A stretch of 52,850 nucleotides of DNA, the filler included, from Bipalium vagum (Eukaryota): assembly GCA_037834085.1 (NCBI GenBank). It is 3 parts of 3 records of this genome, joined end to end, with 100 filler letters (N's around TTAATTAATTAA, not from the genome) between each part and the next. Parts side by side here need not be neighbours in the genome. Positions count along the whole stretch, not along the records: positions 18,317 to 36,314 come from JBBMKC010044310.1; positions 36,415 to 52,850 come from JBBMKC010111250.1; 1 more part is not named here. One strand, written 5' to 3'. A model generated the notes under the pieces. It was not told the DNA's origin, did no database searches, and saw only the letters and a list, made by a program, of their open reading frames with translations. Position numbers and translations under genes: made by a program. Positions 34,487 through 52,850 of this stretch are shown one piece after another. Positions within the stretch are counted from its first letter, which is position 1. Each line of letters begins with the position of its first letter.

Positions 34487-35733
34487 TACTTATCAGCTAA
34501 ATATATTATGATACTGTCCAATTTCAAAAATTTCCTATAAACATGAAATTGCGTTTCCAACAAAGTTATTGTTGGAATTTAGGTATTGTTAAATAATATA
34601 TTAAATGCTGATTTGAATCACTTTGAGGTATGAAAATAATTTGGTTACGGTTATTTTGAATAAAATATGATAAACATCGATATTTGAGAAATTTTAAGAA
34701 GGCAGATTTTTTTATATTTTGTAGTATTTATAGTTACCGCTTATTGTGTGACAATGATTTCAAATAATGTAGTGTTCTTTAGTTATCATTTAATTCAGGA
34801 TATCATCGTGATAATTTTTTTAAAACAGCAGTGATACCACACAAAGGTCTACTGTATAACAATAAGAACTAAAATGATAGTGAAAGTATTTATTGGTTTG
34901 CGATTTAGAGCATTCAAAAACCAAGAGAAAAAATTACAGAACATGAGAATTTAAAAGTAATACCATTAACATCAAAAACTAAGAATTAGTTTTAAAATTT
35001 TGTTGCGAGCTAATATCGTGTACCAATTTAAATGTCATTAATGTAAGAAACACATTGTCATCTCAGAACATGTATTAGCGAGCAATCATAACCAAGCAGA
35101 ACTAAACAAGTATTGGATCAATCATTAAGTTGAGGTGAAGGAAAAAACGAATTCAGTAATATTATGGGAAATTTTGATAATAATGACGAATAAATAAAAA
35201 CCAATAAGACTTTAAATATTATAGCGTATAATTCATGCAGAATTTCAGTTTTTAGTTCTTCAGATTAACATAATTTATCAAGTAAATCAATGCAATAAAA
35301 CTTATTTTACTTGTTTCCTCAAAAAATTCATAATGTCGAAAGATTAGGTATATATATATATCATTTTACCCTTACTAATCTATCTGATACTAGTTAGAAT
35401 CAAAAGCTTGAAATTATTTTTCTAAAAACAATATGATTAATAAATTAGAACTTAAAAAGAAACCAAAATTATAAAACAAATCTTTCTCAGATTTCAAAAT
35501 GTTAGCAGTATTAAAATTACCAAAGAAAATTTCATTTATACATTTTTCGAATTTTTTTAAAATTTTTGGTTGGTATCTCTATCACCCATTCCAACTCTAA
35601 TACAAGAATATCTCTTTTTATATATACCAATATTTTATATCCATTAATCAATTTTTTTTCATTTACACATTTACTACTTCTGTATCATATCCAACAACCA
35701 TAAATACAAAAATATATTTTAAAAACCAAAAAA

Positions 35734-36110
35734 ATGAAATTTAAATGTAAAATCTGTAAAAGAAATTTTCAAATCAATACGTGATTAATAAGTCATTTAA
35801 AATCAAAAAATAATGATGAAGAACGTTACACAAAATATTTATTTAAGCATCGCCATAATATAAAACAGATGATCTTAATTAAAATTAAGAAATCTTTCAT
35901 TGGGAATTTAATAAATATGATTATAATATTGAATAATTTTAAAATTAATTAAAGAAATTAATAATAATAATCATAATTTTAAAAAAGTATTATTGAAAAT
36001 ATTAGAAAAATATTTTAAAGTAATAAATTTAAATATCAGATGTAATTATGAAAGAGATGTTTCTGGAGAAAAACAAGACTCTTATTCTAAACCATAAAAT
36101 ATAAATAAAT
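35734..36110 (+). pseudogene. Zinc-finger-led fragment resembling the N-terminal region of Polinton pPolB
   Basis: MKFKCKICKRNF..LISHLKSK, KSFIGNL, INLNIRCNYERDVSGEKQD. Intronless, A-rich, preceded by AAAAAAATG. Confidence 0.3.
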
Positions 36111-36314
36111 AAGAAATACACTTTTATCAAATTTAGATTATGATTAAAATTGTGCATACAGAATTAATTTTAACCATTTAATTTATCACGGTATATTCAA
36201 TATACCGTTATACATATCACGCGAAAGACTTGATCGAACAAGCTCATCCGTCACATTAAATATGACTTTTGAAATGTGTTGAATAAATTTTGTATTTTAT
36301 CACTTTATTTATGC

Positions 36315-36414
36315 NNNNNNNNNNNNNNNNNNNNNNNNNNNNNNNNNNNNNNNNNNNNTTAATTAATTAANNNNNNNNNNNNNNNNNNNNNNNNNNNNNN
36401 NNNNNNNNNNNNNN
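36315..36414. other. Assembly gap with TTAATTAATTAA linker
   Basis: N-run, all-frame-stop spacer, N-run. Confidence 0.97.
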
Positions 36415-36419
36415 TTCTC

Positions 36420-37660
36420 AATTCATTTAATTAATCGAACGCAACCTCAAGCAACCTTCAACCGTTGAGACCTAAGATACATTTACGCTCCAAACTATAA
36501 CATCTTTTTGTCCATCAACTTAGGATCTTAACAAGTGCCTTGTCCGTACAAGCACAGGTTGACTCTTTTTATGAAATTTTTTATGACATTTTTGGATTGG
36601 TCCTTGGAAATTTCAGTCATCCTGCTTCGCATTTCTTCTTTTAGCTCATTAATGGTTTGGGGTTTGTTGACGTATACCTTATCTTTAAGATAACCCCAAA
36701 AAAAGTAGTCTAGCGGCGTCAAGTCACACGACCTTGGAGGCCAATTCACATCACCTCACTTCGAGATAAGACGAATATTAAATTTTGTTCGCAATAACTG
36801 CATGTTTCCTTGGCAGAGTGACATGTTGCACCGTCTTGTTGAAACCAGATGCCATCCACATCCATACCATCAGTTTCATGCAATAGAAAGTTCGAAATCA
36901 TCTAACAAAGTCGAATACCACTCCTTGTCCACTTTCATTTTCAAAAAAGTCCTCCAGCCCAAATTCCACACCAGACCGTAATCAACCCAGGATACATTGG
37001 AAGTCCAAAGATCGCTTTTGGATTTTCCGAACCCCAAATTCAACAATTTTGTCTATTGACATGGCTATAAAAATGCACCTCATCGCTAAAGATGATTTTT
37101 TTCGAAAATTATTCATCATGCTATTTATGTTTTAAAACCCAACTTGCAAAACTCTTGACGGCTTTCATGATCATGTGGTTTCAATGCTTGTGCCAATTGG
37201 ATCTTGTAAGCATGCAAATGTAGGTCTTCCTTTAAAATTCGTTGAAGAGAACTTTTGGAATTCCAATTTGTTGACTGCGAATAGCAATTGATGTGAAACC
37301 ATTTTTTTGGACACTGACTTACAGAGGCTATAATTTCAGTCGTATGAGAAGTACAAATATGGCCATAGAATTCTTCGTTACAAACGGAATCACTTAATTC
37401 AAATTTCTTTATTAAATTTACTACGGTGTTGTGACAAGGTGCATCACGATGACCAAAAGCAGTTCTGCATTTTCGAATTGTTTCTGCAGAACATGACCCA
37501 TTTTGATAATGAATTTCAACAATTTGTATGCGTTACTGGATTGTATAATTTTTCATTTTGAAATATCAATATTTATAGATATTATTAAAACAAATATATA
37601 TACGATGGTATTTTTGCCATAAAAATTATAGCCAATGAGTCCTTTATGAATGACCCTATA
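36420..37660 (-). mobile_element. Decayed Tc1/mariner-superfamily element (DUF4817-type HTH plus DDD transposase)
   Basis: RIQIVEIHYQNG, ILKEDLHLHAYKIQLAQALKPHD, IIFSDE.HF, WFQQDGATCH, WPPRSCDLTPLDYFFWGYLKDKVY; end TATAGGGTCATTCAT at 37660. Confidence 0.88.
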
Positions 37661-39918
37661 TTCTCATCATTTCAATGAAACAAAAAAATAATTTAAATAA
37701 GCATAAAGTACCATTTGTGCCAAAAGAGGTCAATCCATATGTTTCAGAAGCTCGGCCAATAAAAATCTTTTTGGTTTATTTAGTATATTTTAGAGGTTGA
37801 CAAGATAAAAATCGACAACAAATTACTAAATCAAAATCACAATTGAAGAAAGTTGATTTGAATGCTATACAAACCATAATGAGAGGTTTTCGTGGAAAAT
37901 TACGCAAAATTGAAGATAAAGGAATTTTATTTATTTTTGTATATATACAGTTTTGTTCGTTCTCTCATTGCATTGTTGTATTCAAGAAATAATTAAATAA
38001 ATATAAAATGTAACTTATGAAGATCCGTTTAATTTTCTGACCAAAATTTTTCGATCACTATTAAAAATTGATTTTGTGTTCATTTGTGATAAAAGATATA
38101 CTTAAAAGCAATTGAATTAGAAAAAACATCCAAAACCTTTTATCTTTTAAGTTTCAGTTCTAGGAACTTAATACAATTATATTTGTTTTCCTCAGCCTAT
38201 TTATTTGAAATTAATATCAGAGTATTGATGAATCCAGTGTCGACAGTCAAGTCTAACCATTATTAACAGTATCAACGCTATCGTCGAAAGATCAACAATA
38301 AACAAAACTAATCAAAAGCTTATCCTGAAATATCTCTACATATTAACCAATATTGGAAACTGTTTAATTAAACTTCAGCCAATCAAATGTGAACAATCAA
38401 TTAATAATTTAATTTCCCCAATTAAGAAATTACGAGTTTGTTCAGCCGACTGAATAATTACAACAACCAAAGTTGTGGCTTTTTCCAAATTCGTTAACAA
38501 AACTAAGCTGATGAGGCAAGAGTTGCCAAAAGAGGGAAGTTATTAACCAGCCGACATTTTAATTATCGGTCAACTTCTGTTTCAATATTATCACAGGAAT
38601 GCAATAGAAAAACTATAAGCCAAAAATTTATTCTTTAACCAAAGAATTCAACAAAACAAACTAAATAAAAAATAATGTCAATTTAAACAAAGTTCAGATT
38701 ATCACAGCAATGGTAAGAATGACAAACCAAGTGCAAAATTGATTTACTCTAATGACAACGACAACAGCTTCTGTTTATATAACATTTATCAACCACTTTG
38801 TCTGGCTTTGATTGACAAAAGACATCAATTGTCAACGGTCAATTACCATTACCCCAACGTTGGACGTACAATCAATAAAACAAGAATTGTTAAAACCGGC
38901 AATTTCTCAAAACCATATCAGAATATCTTTTGGTGTGATCGATTTGATATTTTAATGTGAAACGTCGCTCATATAACCATCATTGCGTGGTTTCAAATAG
39001 TATTAAAATGGGTTCTTAATGCTCTAATAATCGCTTCTATTGCTACTTCTACTACTGTTATGCTAATAAAAGTTTAAAAAATCACCAAATAACCCCACAA
39101 ATTAATCAGACAATTAAACTTTAAATTGGTATCTCAGAAAATGTTATCACAAATAATAATTATGACGATGTCGAGTCATCCATCAAGTGACAAGAAAATA
39201 CAAAAACATTTGCCTATCAAAACTATGGGAATTGATCTCGCTCTCTCTCTATCTCTCTTTGGTTCAATTTTATTTCAATATGATTCCCCACAAAAAAGAT
39301 AAAAATAATAATAAATATACGTATTTAGGGAGCATTTTTGAATGACCACAAAAATCAATATTTACAAACATTTAAAATAAACGAACTACAATTTTGAGAA
39401 AACATTTATTCTATAATAAAACAACAATCGAACCGATTATTCTAAGATATGATAAGGAAAATTAGGATGAAACCAATAAAAGGAATCAATTATATTAATT
39501 AACCGATTAACTATTATTGATTATTGTTAATTATTATTATATTACTGATTTGTGTTATTGATTATCATTAAGAAAATCTACAGGTTGAGAGAATTATAAG
39601 ATCGTAAAATCGATAGGTACATATGATTAAATATATATACGTTTCTCTGTACAACACACACAAGTCAGAAACCATTGATTGGATGAGCAATAGAAACTTG
39701 TGATAGTAATAATAGTAATAATAATAACAATAAAGATAATAAAATAACCAGAGAAAGGACACATACAAATAGAGAGAGAGGGAGATTAAGAGAAAAGTTA
39801 CACTTTTATTACTTAACTACAACATTTCGGTAAATATATATATTTGCTTAGACACATTTATTTATATCATTATTTATTATTATCATTTTCAGATACATTC
39901 AAGTGATTTTTTTCCTGT

Positions 39919-45936
<6,018 letters not shown>

Positions 45937-48900
45937 TCACTTCGTAATTTAAATTTACTCAGTTAAATTATTAAAATTACGTGTTTCAATTACGCTAAAT
46001 GAATTTATGAAAATACAGTATTTAAACAATTGGTTTGTCAGAATTTTCCATTTTTAAATATTTATTAAATTTATTGAAATTTTAAAATTATTTGGAAAAA
46101 TCAATTTAAAATAAATAATATTATTATAAATTGCTAAAATATATTTTTTAATGTATTTAAGAGTCTTTGTGTGTTTATATATAATTTAAAAGAGTTTCGC
46201 TTATCAAAAATTATAAAAATCAAAATCATTAAAAAAAATTTATTTCTCAAGATTATGTTAAAAAATTAATTAAATATAATTAAATAGCAAATAGTAGAGT
46301 TCTTAAAGTTTATTTCCTAAAACAGCCAATTTTATCATGGTTTTCAAAGTAAAATGAAAACTAAGTCTAAATAATTATATATAATAATATAAGCATCAAT
46401 TTTTTAATTAACTTTAATTTAATTACTTTTATAAAATATTTAATTAATAAGAAGTCTTATATGTTGCATTAATTTGAAACCTTGTTGAATCCAAAAGTAT
46501 ATTTCAATTTGTTGAAATTTTCTGTAATAAATATATTCATAATACAATTTTTAGATAAATCTGTTCACATTATAAAAAAAATAATAAATAATGCAATAAT
46601 TAAATATAATAATTATATTGTTAGGAAACGCTGAAATAGATAAGAATTACAGTTAGTATGTTGATATGAGATAACCTTAAATTATTTACTTTTATTATTA
46701 TATTCTCATAAAATAATAAAAATATCCAAGTAAGATTATATTTTTAATTTATATAATTAACAAGATTATAAAATTATTATGAGTGTATATAATGGAAATT
46801 TTCTTACAAGTGGTGAGATATTCTTTATTCTTATTGATTTTAAACCTATTAATTTTACGGCAATCTCAGTCATATTTTCAACTGAGCTCCCGTGTGAAAA
46901 CTTCTCTTCTTCACTACAATACTACGAAGCCTTCTAAGCGCGTCCGATAATTCGTTATTAATGAAAGCCTGTTCTTTTCATTACTTATATTGTTTACCAT
47001 TTTTCATTCATAATATGAGTCATTAGAGATGGGTTTAGTTGGATAAGAAAATCGTCTTTCGCTTTATTCTCTACTATAAAAAAATAATATGAATATCTTG
47101 AGGCTATTTCTTTTCTTTATCAATAGAAGAACATATTATGTTGATCATTGAAATATTCCTTTAATTATCTTATCTTCTTGAATTTACTACATAAGTTATT
47201 ATCTTACCAATTCATGCCTCTTGCTCACTATTTACGTTGAAACCTTATTTTTCCTCATATATATATCTTTATTCAAGGTTAAATTAGTTTTTAAACTTTT
47301 AATTAAATCTTAGATCTTGTTAAATGTATTTTATTCACTGAATCTTATCTTGATTTAAAGCTATACTAAAAGCGACCTGATCTATAAAAGATATTTGATA
47401 AATAATAATTACCAGTCATTGATTTTTTATGCTATAAATCCGTGTTCATGGACCTATATATCATAATAAAAAAATAAAAACCAATGATCAGTGCTATCTT
47501 AGTTTTACTTCTTTGAATTATGATATGGTATTGGACCTAAATATACAAACATATAAACATTCTTTTTTGATAAACACCTGATAAGAACAGAATCAGAAAT
47601 AAATGTTCCGGCTCTAATGAATGTAATAAGGTATCAGTTAATTATAAACTTGACTTCATTCCTACAAAAATGTCCTCTGACAACGACAATCTTTTTAAAA
47701 TAATATTTTGTATTATGATTTTCAATTTTTTAGTTCCCCACGATTTACAACTACCGGAGTTCTCTTAAAAGAACCCCAGACTCTGTAAAAGAAAAAAAGG
47801 AATATTAATGTATTTACCATTCCCTCGAATATTAAAATCCTGACCAAACATCTCTTATATACCGTTTACCAGTCTAATTTGATTGGTGTTTCTATTTCCT
47901 AATCATCCAATATTATTTAACAATATGCCACGAATATATAAAGCTTATTCTTATGATTATATGACAATTATTTTTCACTTTACCTTTTCTTCGGTCTTAA
48001 CTTACATATTTTCATTATTTTATAATTTATTCCATATTACATATATAGGAGAGTATGTAATTTATTTAAGTATACACAAATAGCAAATTTTATGGAAAAC
48101 ATTGATGTCATAAGAAATCACCTATGCCTTTCCGAAATTATTTTACGCAAAAGACACAGAAATCGTGATTTTCCAATATTACCACATTTATTTACCGGCT
48201 GTTGAACATGTGTACATGTAAGTCGTACAGGGGGCATCTCAATATTTTGTTTTATATTTCCAAAATGTATCTGGGAGTCTCACTGCATGCCGTGATGACC
48301 ATGTTGTGAAGCTAAATACTTTTCCACTGAGTTAACGAAAAAAAAGAATTCGATTTTCAGTAGTAACTTAAAGAAATTCAGAGTCTGAAAACCAGGTTCA
48401 AGTATTATTTTCAAAAGCGATTTCACAGATTTTTTTTCTCTTTAATCAAACATTCTCTCAACTTTCTGAAAATAGCACTTGAGACTGTTTTTAGACTGCG
48501 TATTTTTATGGATTTTTCTAATGTTAAAAGTTCCTTTTCCATATTTATAAGCATACTTTGAAACTAAATTGAAAATTAATATTTATCGAAACCAGCTAAT
48601 GGTGACATCTTTATTATTATTATTATTATTGTGAAACATAATATCTGGGAAATATTGAGTTCCTTGTTGTAAAGAACAAATATATTATTGTTTACCCTCA
48701 ATCATTTGATTCCTAAGAAAATTATTCACTCATTTTCATCAGAAAAACGTATTCACTTTCAAAATCCACAAGATAATTTTAGTCGATTCGATCCTTTCAT
48801 GTGTGACAGAATATTTACTCATTCGACCCCATTCTCTTTAATTCCACAATTTTCTTCCGTTTATCAGTCTATTATTCTTAATCAATTTTAGAAAGAAAAA

Positions 48901-50599
48901 ATCTGTTTTAGGAAACCCACGTTATATTAAGCATATCGTTCTTCGAGTTGCATTTCTTTTTCATTTGATTAACTTTAATTTATTATATTATGTCAGCAAC
49001 CATGATCGATTGGATTACATAATAACAGGTAAAATTACGATGGATATTATTTAATGAAACATTGATAAATATTTATTTGTATAAACAATAAACAATCATT
49101 AAATGAGGTCAGAATACAATACTTATGCAAGTAAATTGTGGACAGATGATACATCTGAGATAGAGAGGTTTTTGTTGGATTGTCATATTGATGGTATTGA
49201 TAAAATTAGTGTGAAATCAATATCAATGATAAACTTTTTTCAAAATAATAACATTTCAAGATATTCCATTGATTTTATCAATTTTTACTAATTTATATAT
49301 ACAATATTGATTTTTCTCTAAATTTATTTATTTTAACTTTAATTTTTTTACAATTTTAAATGTTCGCCATTTTTGAAGTTTTATTAATTCAAACTTTAAA
49401 ATATTTTTATAAATAAATGATTTATCTAAAATTGAGTTAAATTAAAAAATTAATTTTTTCTAAGTTATAAAAAATATTTTCAAAGAAATAATGTATTTAG
49501 GAATTATTTTAAGGAAATTAATGATAAAAATAAAATTTTAGATATATTTAATTTTAAAATAATTAATTTTTGATAATAGTGAAACTTTTATTTTCACACA
49601 AACGATAAAAAATTAAGAATTACTTTAAAATCTGAAAAAAAGTTACATGGGCCTTCATTTTTGTGTACTTTTCTTATCATTTTTGGTTTTTGTTGATATT
49701 TTGACCATTTGTCTTCATCTTTCTTGATATATCTGACCATTTTAGCATCATGTGACAGAATATTAAAGTTTATTGTGATTTCTTTGATTCATTGTTAAAA
49801 GAACACGTTATAAACATAAGTAAATATTGACCTCAAAGTTATATAATAAAGGATTTTCAGAAATATTTAATCCTCATTTTCAAAGTAATTGATCCTATTT
49901 TAATTATTTTTAGAAATAGTTTTTCTAAAAAATAAAACTATAATAATAGAAAATAAGTTTGGTTATCAACAAGTATCCAACAAAATCAGGAAAGTGATAC
50001 TTTTGAAGTGTGGTACTGGAAAGTTATAAAAATAAAATCTGGGGAATAGGAAATTCCATATAGGACAGTTACATTGATCGTCCAAAAATTTAAATTAACA
50101 GGAGAATACACAACAAAAAATAATGTAAGAAGATATGAAGCTGTTTTGAATCGACATTGTCAAATCATTTGTGGATACTCCCACCCTCAACTCAAATAAA
50201 CCAAAAAGGTCAATAAAATTTTTCAAAATAACATTGATTTTAAAAACACTGTCTAACGATCCTTTATTGATCCTTTTATTTTTATGTATGAAAATATAAT
50301 TTTGTGTGATTTTATTTGTTTATATTTTGTAAAAGATAGAACACGTAGAGATCTAAAATTCATATATCTTCTTAAAACATATATCAAATAAAATATCAAA
50401 TAAAAAAATATATGAAATATAAACATTATTAATATAATTATAATTAATTAAAAAACAATCATTTTGATGATTAATTAGATAAAAATTAGGAAATAATTAT
50501 TCAGTAACATTTTTAAAAGTAAAATCTAAAAATAGTAACAATAAGTTATTAAATTTAGAAATAAAAAATATAAATACTGAAGTATTTCAGTACTTAGAC

Positions 50600-51190
50600 A
50601 CAAAATAATAATAGTTCAAAGCAGAGCACAAGAAGAGACGTGGAATTCAGGAGAAATCAAAAAGAAATAGACGCAAAACAAGTGAAACCGCAGAATCTAA
50701 TCCAACGGAAAAATAATATTCGAAAATAAATCAAAACAAGTGGAATCAACCCAACAAGGAGAAAGGAAAACCATCACCAAATTCAAATAGTATAATTATT
50801 TTATTTATTCAGTTTATTAGATTTGATCAAAAATCTAAATAAACTATTATTAACTAAATAAAAATAATAATACTTTTTTGGTTTTACACTGCTCGCAGGT
50901 GAACCAATCATCAAGCACATATTAATAATGTAAAACAATAATTAAAGCTATAATTAAATTATGTATTATAAGCTATTAATTTAGATAAATAAATAATAAA
51001 GGTTGGATCAACAACCCCAACACTTTAGGATTAAATAATTTATTTTTTTACTTTTTCCCAGTATCTTCTTTTTTGTATTCTTCACTTCAAGTAGGACGGA
51101 GAACTGAATTTTTATCTGAGAGCTTTTGAGAGTTGTTACCGAAAAATGTTCTTTCTTACCTTAAGTAAATCTTCTTCTCCGGGTTCTAAT
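50600..51190 (+). repeat. Diverged copy of the 12862-13905 repeat family
   Basis: TCAAGTAGGACGGAGAAC..GAGAGCTTTTGAG..TTCTCCGGG versus TCAAGTAGGGCGGAGAAG..GAGGGCTCTTGAG..TTCTCCGGG at 13806-13897. Confidence 0.55.
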
Positions 51191-52638
51191 TTAAATCTAA
51201 GTTTGTAACTTAGATTTCCTATTGTAGATTTATTAAAAATATATTTTATAAAAAATAATTATTACTTTGACTGATAACAATTTTTCACTTTTATTTACAA
51301 TGTTTAATTTTTATTTTCAATTCAGTGTTTCATAATCGATTTATTGTTTAGTTAATTTTTACATTGTAACTTTAAATATTAACATTTTTATTAGTCTTAA
51401 TGTTACTCGTACATAATTCTTTCCGATTTAAGTAAACCCTTTAAGTTGCCTAAAAGCCAGACATTGATATTTTTAACCCCACTTTTGTATCAAATTGTTA
51501 GGCACTTAACAAATCAATAAATAATAATGCCAGTCTTACTCTTTAGCAGCTAAAAACCAGTGTTGGATTTGACCGGTAGAATGTTTTATTTGCCTACTTT
51601 ACAAATAGAACTTTCAGATTTCGATAAACATAATAAAACATACCATTTAATTGTTTTAATTGGGGTTTTATTAGTGGACTAAATATTTTGATAAATCCTG
51701 TATTATTGTTATATCTTTTTAGATGAAATATAACAATTTATATTAGATTAAAGCTATAGCCGAGTATAAAAAGAATACAAGAATAAAGTTTAACAAATGT
51801 ATGATTGATTACAGGGTTCTCAAAGGATGATTAACTGATGAGGAAAGCATAACATTTTTCAATATTGGGCAACATAGCTCAGGTGAATGTTGAAAAAAGC
51901 TCACCAGAGTCTTTAAACTAAAGTTTAGTACACCAAAAAGAAAATGAAAACAGTTAGGATATCTAACGTCTTTAAATGTACCAAGGAAATGGCTGATGAG
52001 TCCATTTAGCTCAAAGCATCGAATGTGTTTCTTGAATGTTCTAAAAAAATTAATTTATTTTTAATTCGACAAATTTAATAGGGATTCTGCACTTAGAGAA
52101 GAGGAATTAATCAATATAACAATCATGTTAAAGATGTAAATGCTGAATTCGATATTCAAATCAAGAATATTTATATTATTAATAATTCTGATAATACTGG
52201 AATTTTTGAGGTGGAGCACATGAAATCCATTATTGACAAAGTTGGTGCAGAGTAAACTGCAGTATCTTCAACCAATTTAATGAAGTTTCAATTAACTTGA
52301 ATCTATACTGCATCTGGATCTGGAATAATACTTGATTCAACAATAATAATCAAAGGAAAAGATGACTCTATTTCTTCAAAAGATTGTATTGTTTAATTAA
52401 TTTTTATAAAGACATGGATCAATTAAAACCTTTTTATAAAGTAGATTAATTTCATATTTTCTGCAATCATTACTCTTGCTAACTTAATTTTACTGATTTT
52501 TGACAGTGCTAGGTTGCCCATTTTAATGAACGTCAAAAACTTTCTAAAAAACAGAAAGATTTTATATTTTAGAATACCCGGTGATTGAACTAAACTCTTG
52601 CAACCTAGCAATACAGCTTAATTACAGCTTAAAAACTA

Positions 52639-52740
52639 CAGTAGATACGCGAGTATAACGCCACCCGACTATAACGCGAGATATACAAAATTGGGTGAAA
52701 AAGTATTAAATGCAAAACGCGAGTATAGGAAAAATTTTTT
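52639..52740 (+). mobile_element. Left end of a pogo/Tigger-like element or MITE
   Basis: TA|CAGTAGATACGCGAGTATAACG with internal repeats of ACGCGAGTATA. Confidence 0.45.
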
Positions 52741-52850
52741 GGAAAAATTTTTTCTGACACAAACCGAAACATTAATTTATTTCATAACATACATATTAAA
52801 TAATAATATTTCCTTTACATAATAGCAATTTAGCTAGTCTGTACCTAAAA

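Noticed and set aside
46000-52600. Short ORFs upstream of SERCA
   Set aside because: No motifs or consistent splice structure; the region looks like AT-rich intergenic DNA with heavily decayed Tc1-like scraps (~48200-48600, ~49640-50200) too weak to delimit.

Overview
Very AT-rich, intron-containing animal (invertebrate-type) genomic DNA with two scaffold gaps (N-runs around a TTAATTAATTAA linker). Three host genes can be reconstructed by hand from GT-AG splice sites: TENT5/FAM46 non-canonical poly(A) polymerase (minus, 2 exons, 323-2274), LMBRD2 (plus, 11 exons, 19510-33243) and SERCA Ca2+-ATPase (minus, 9 exons, 39919-45930). The most interesting part is ~5.8-17.0 kb, a decayed endogenous Polinton/Maverick (adintovirus-like) genome that the ORF track largely misses. 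It contains a PLA2X domain in frame with an rve integrase, a GG-xLP core/membrane-active protein, two tandem adenain-like proteases, a fibre-like protein with a possible LamG head, two paralogues of a conserved coiled-coil protein, penton, truncated packaging ATPase and hexon, and a shared TTTATTT-AAAAAATG start motif. On the opposite strand at its right end is a pseudogenised PD-(D/E)xK restriction-endonuclease-like gene. A solo-LTR-like repeat, a MITE, a 354-bp foreign insert and a tRNA-Ala-like gene are nested in the element. The rest of the window holds hAT/CGGBP-like, mariner and Tc1 relics. All family assignments come from manual translation and motif recognition, not database searches. 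Boundaries of decayed elements are approximate.
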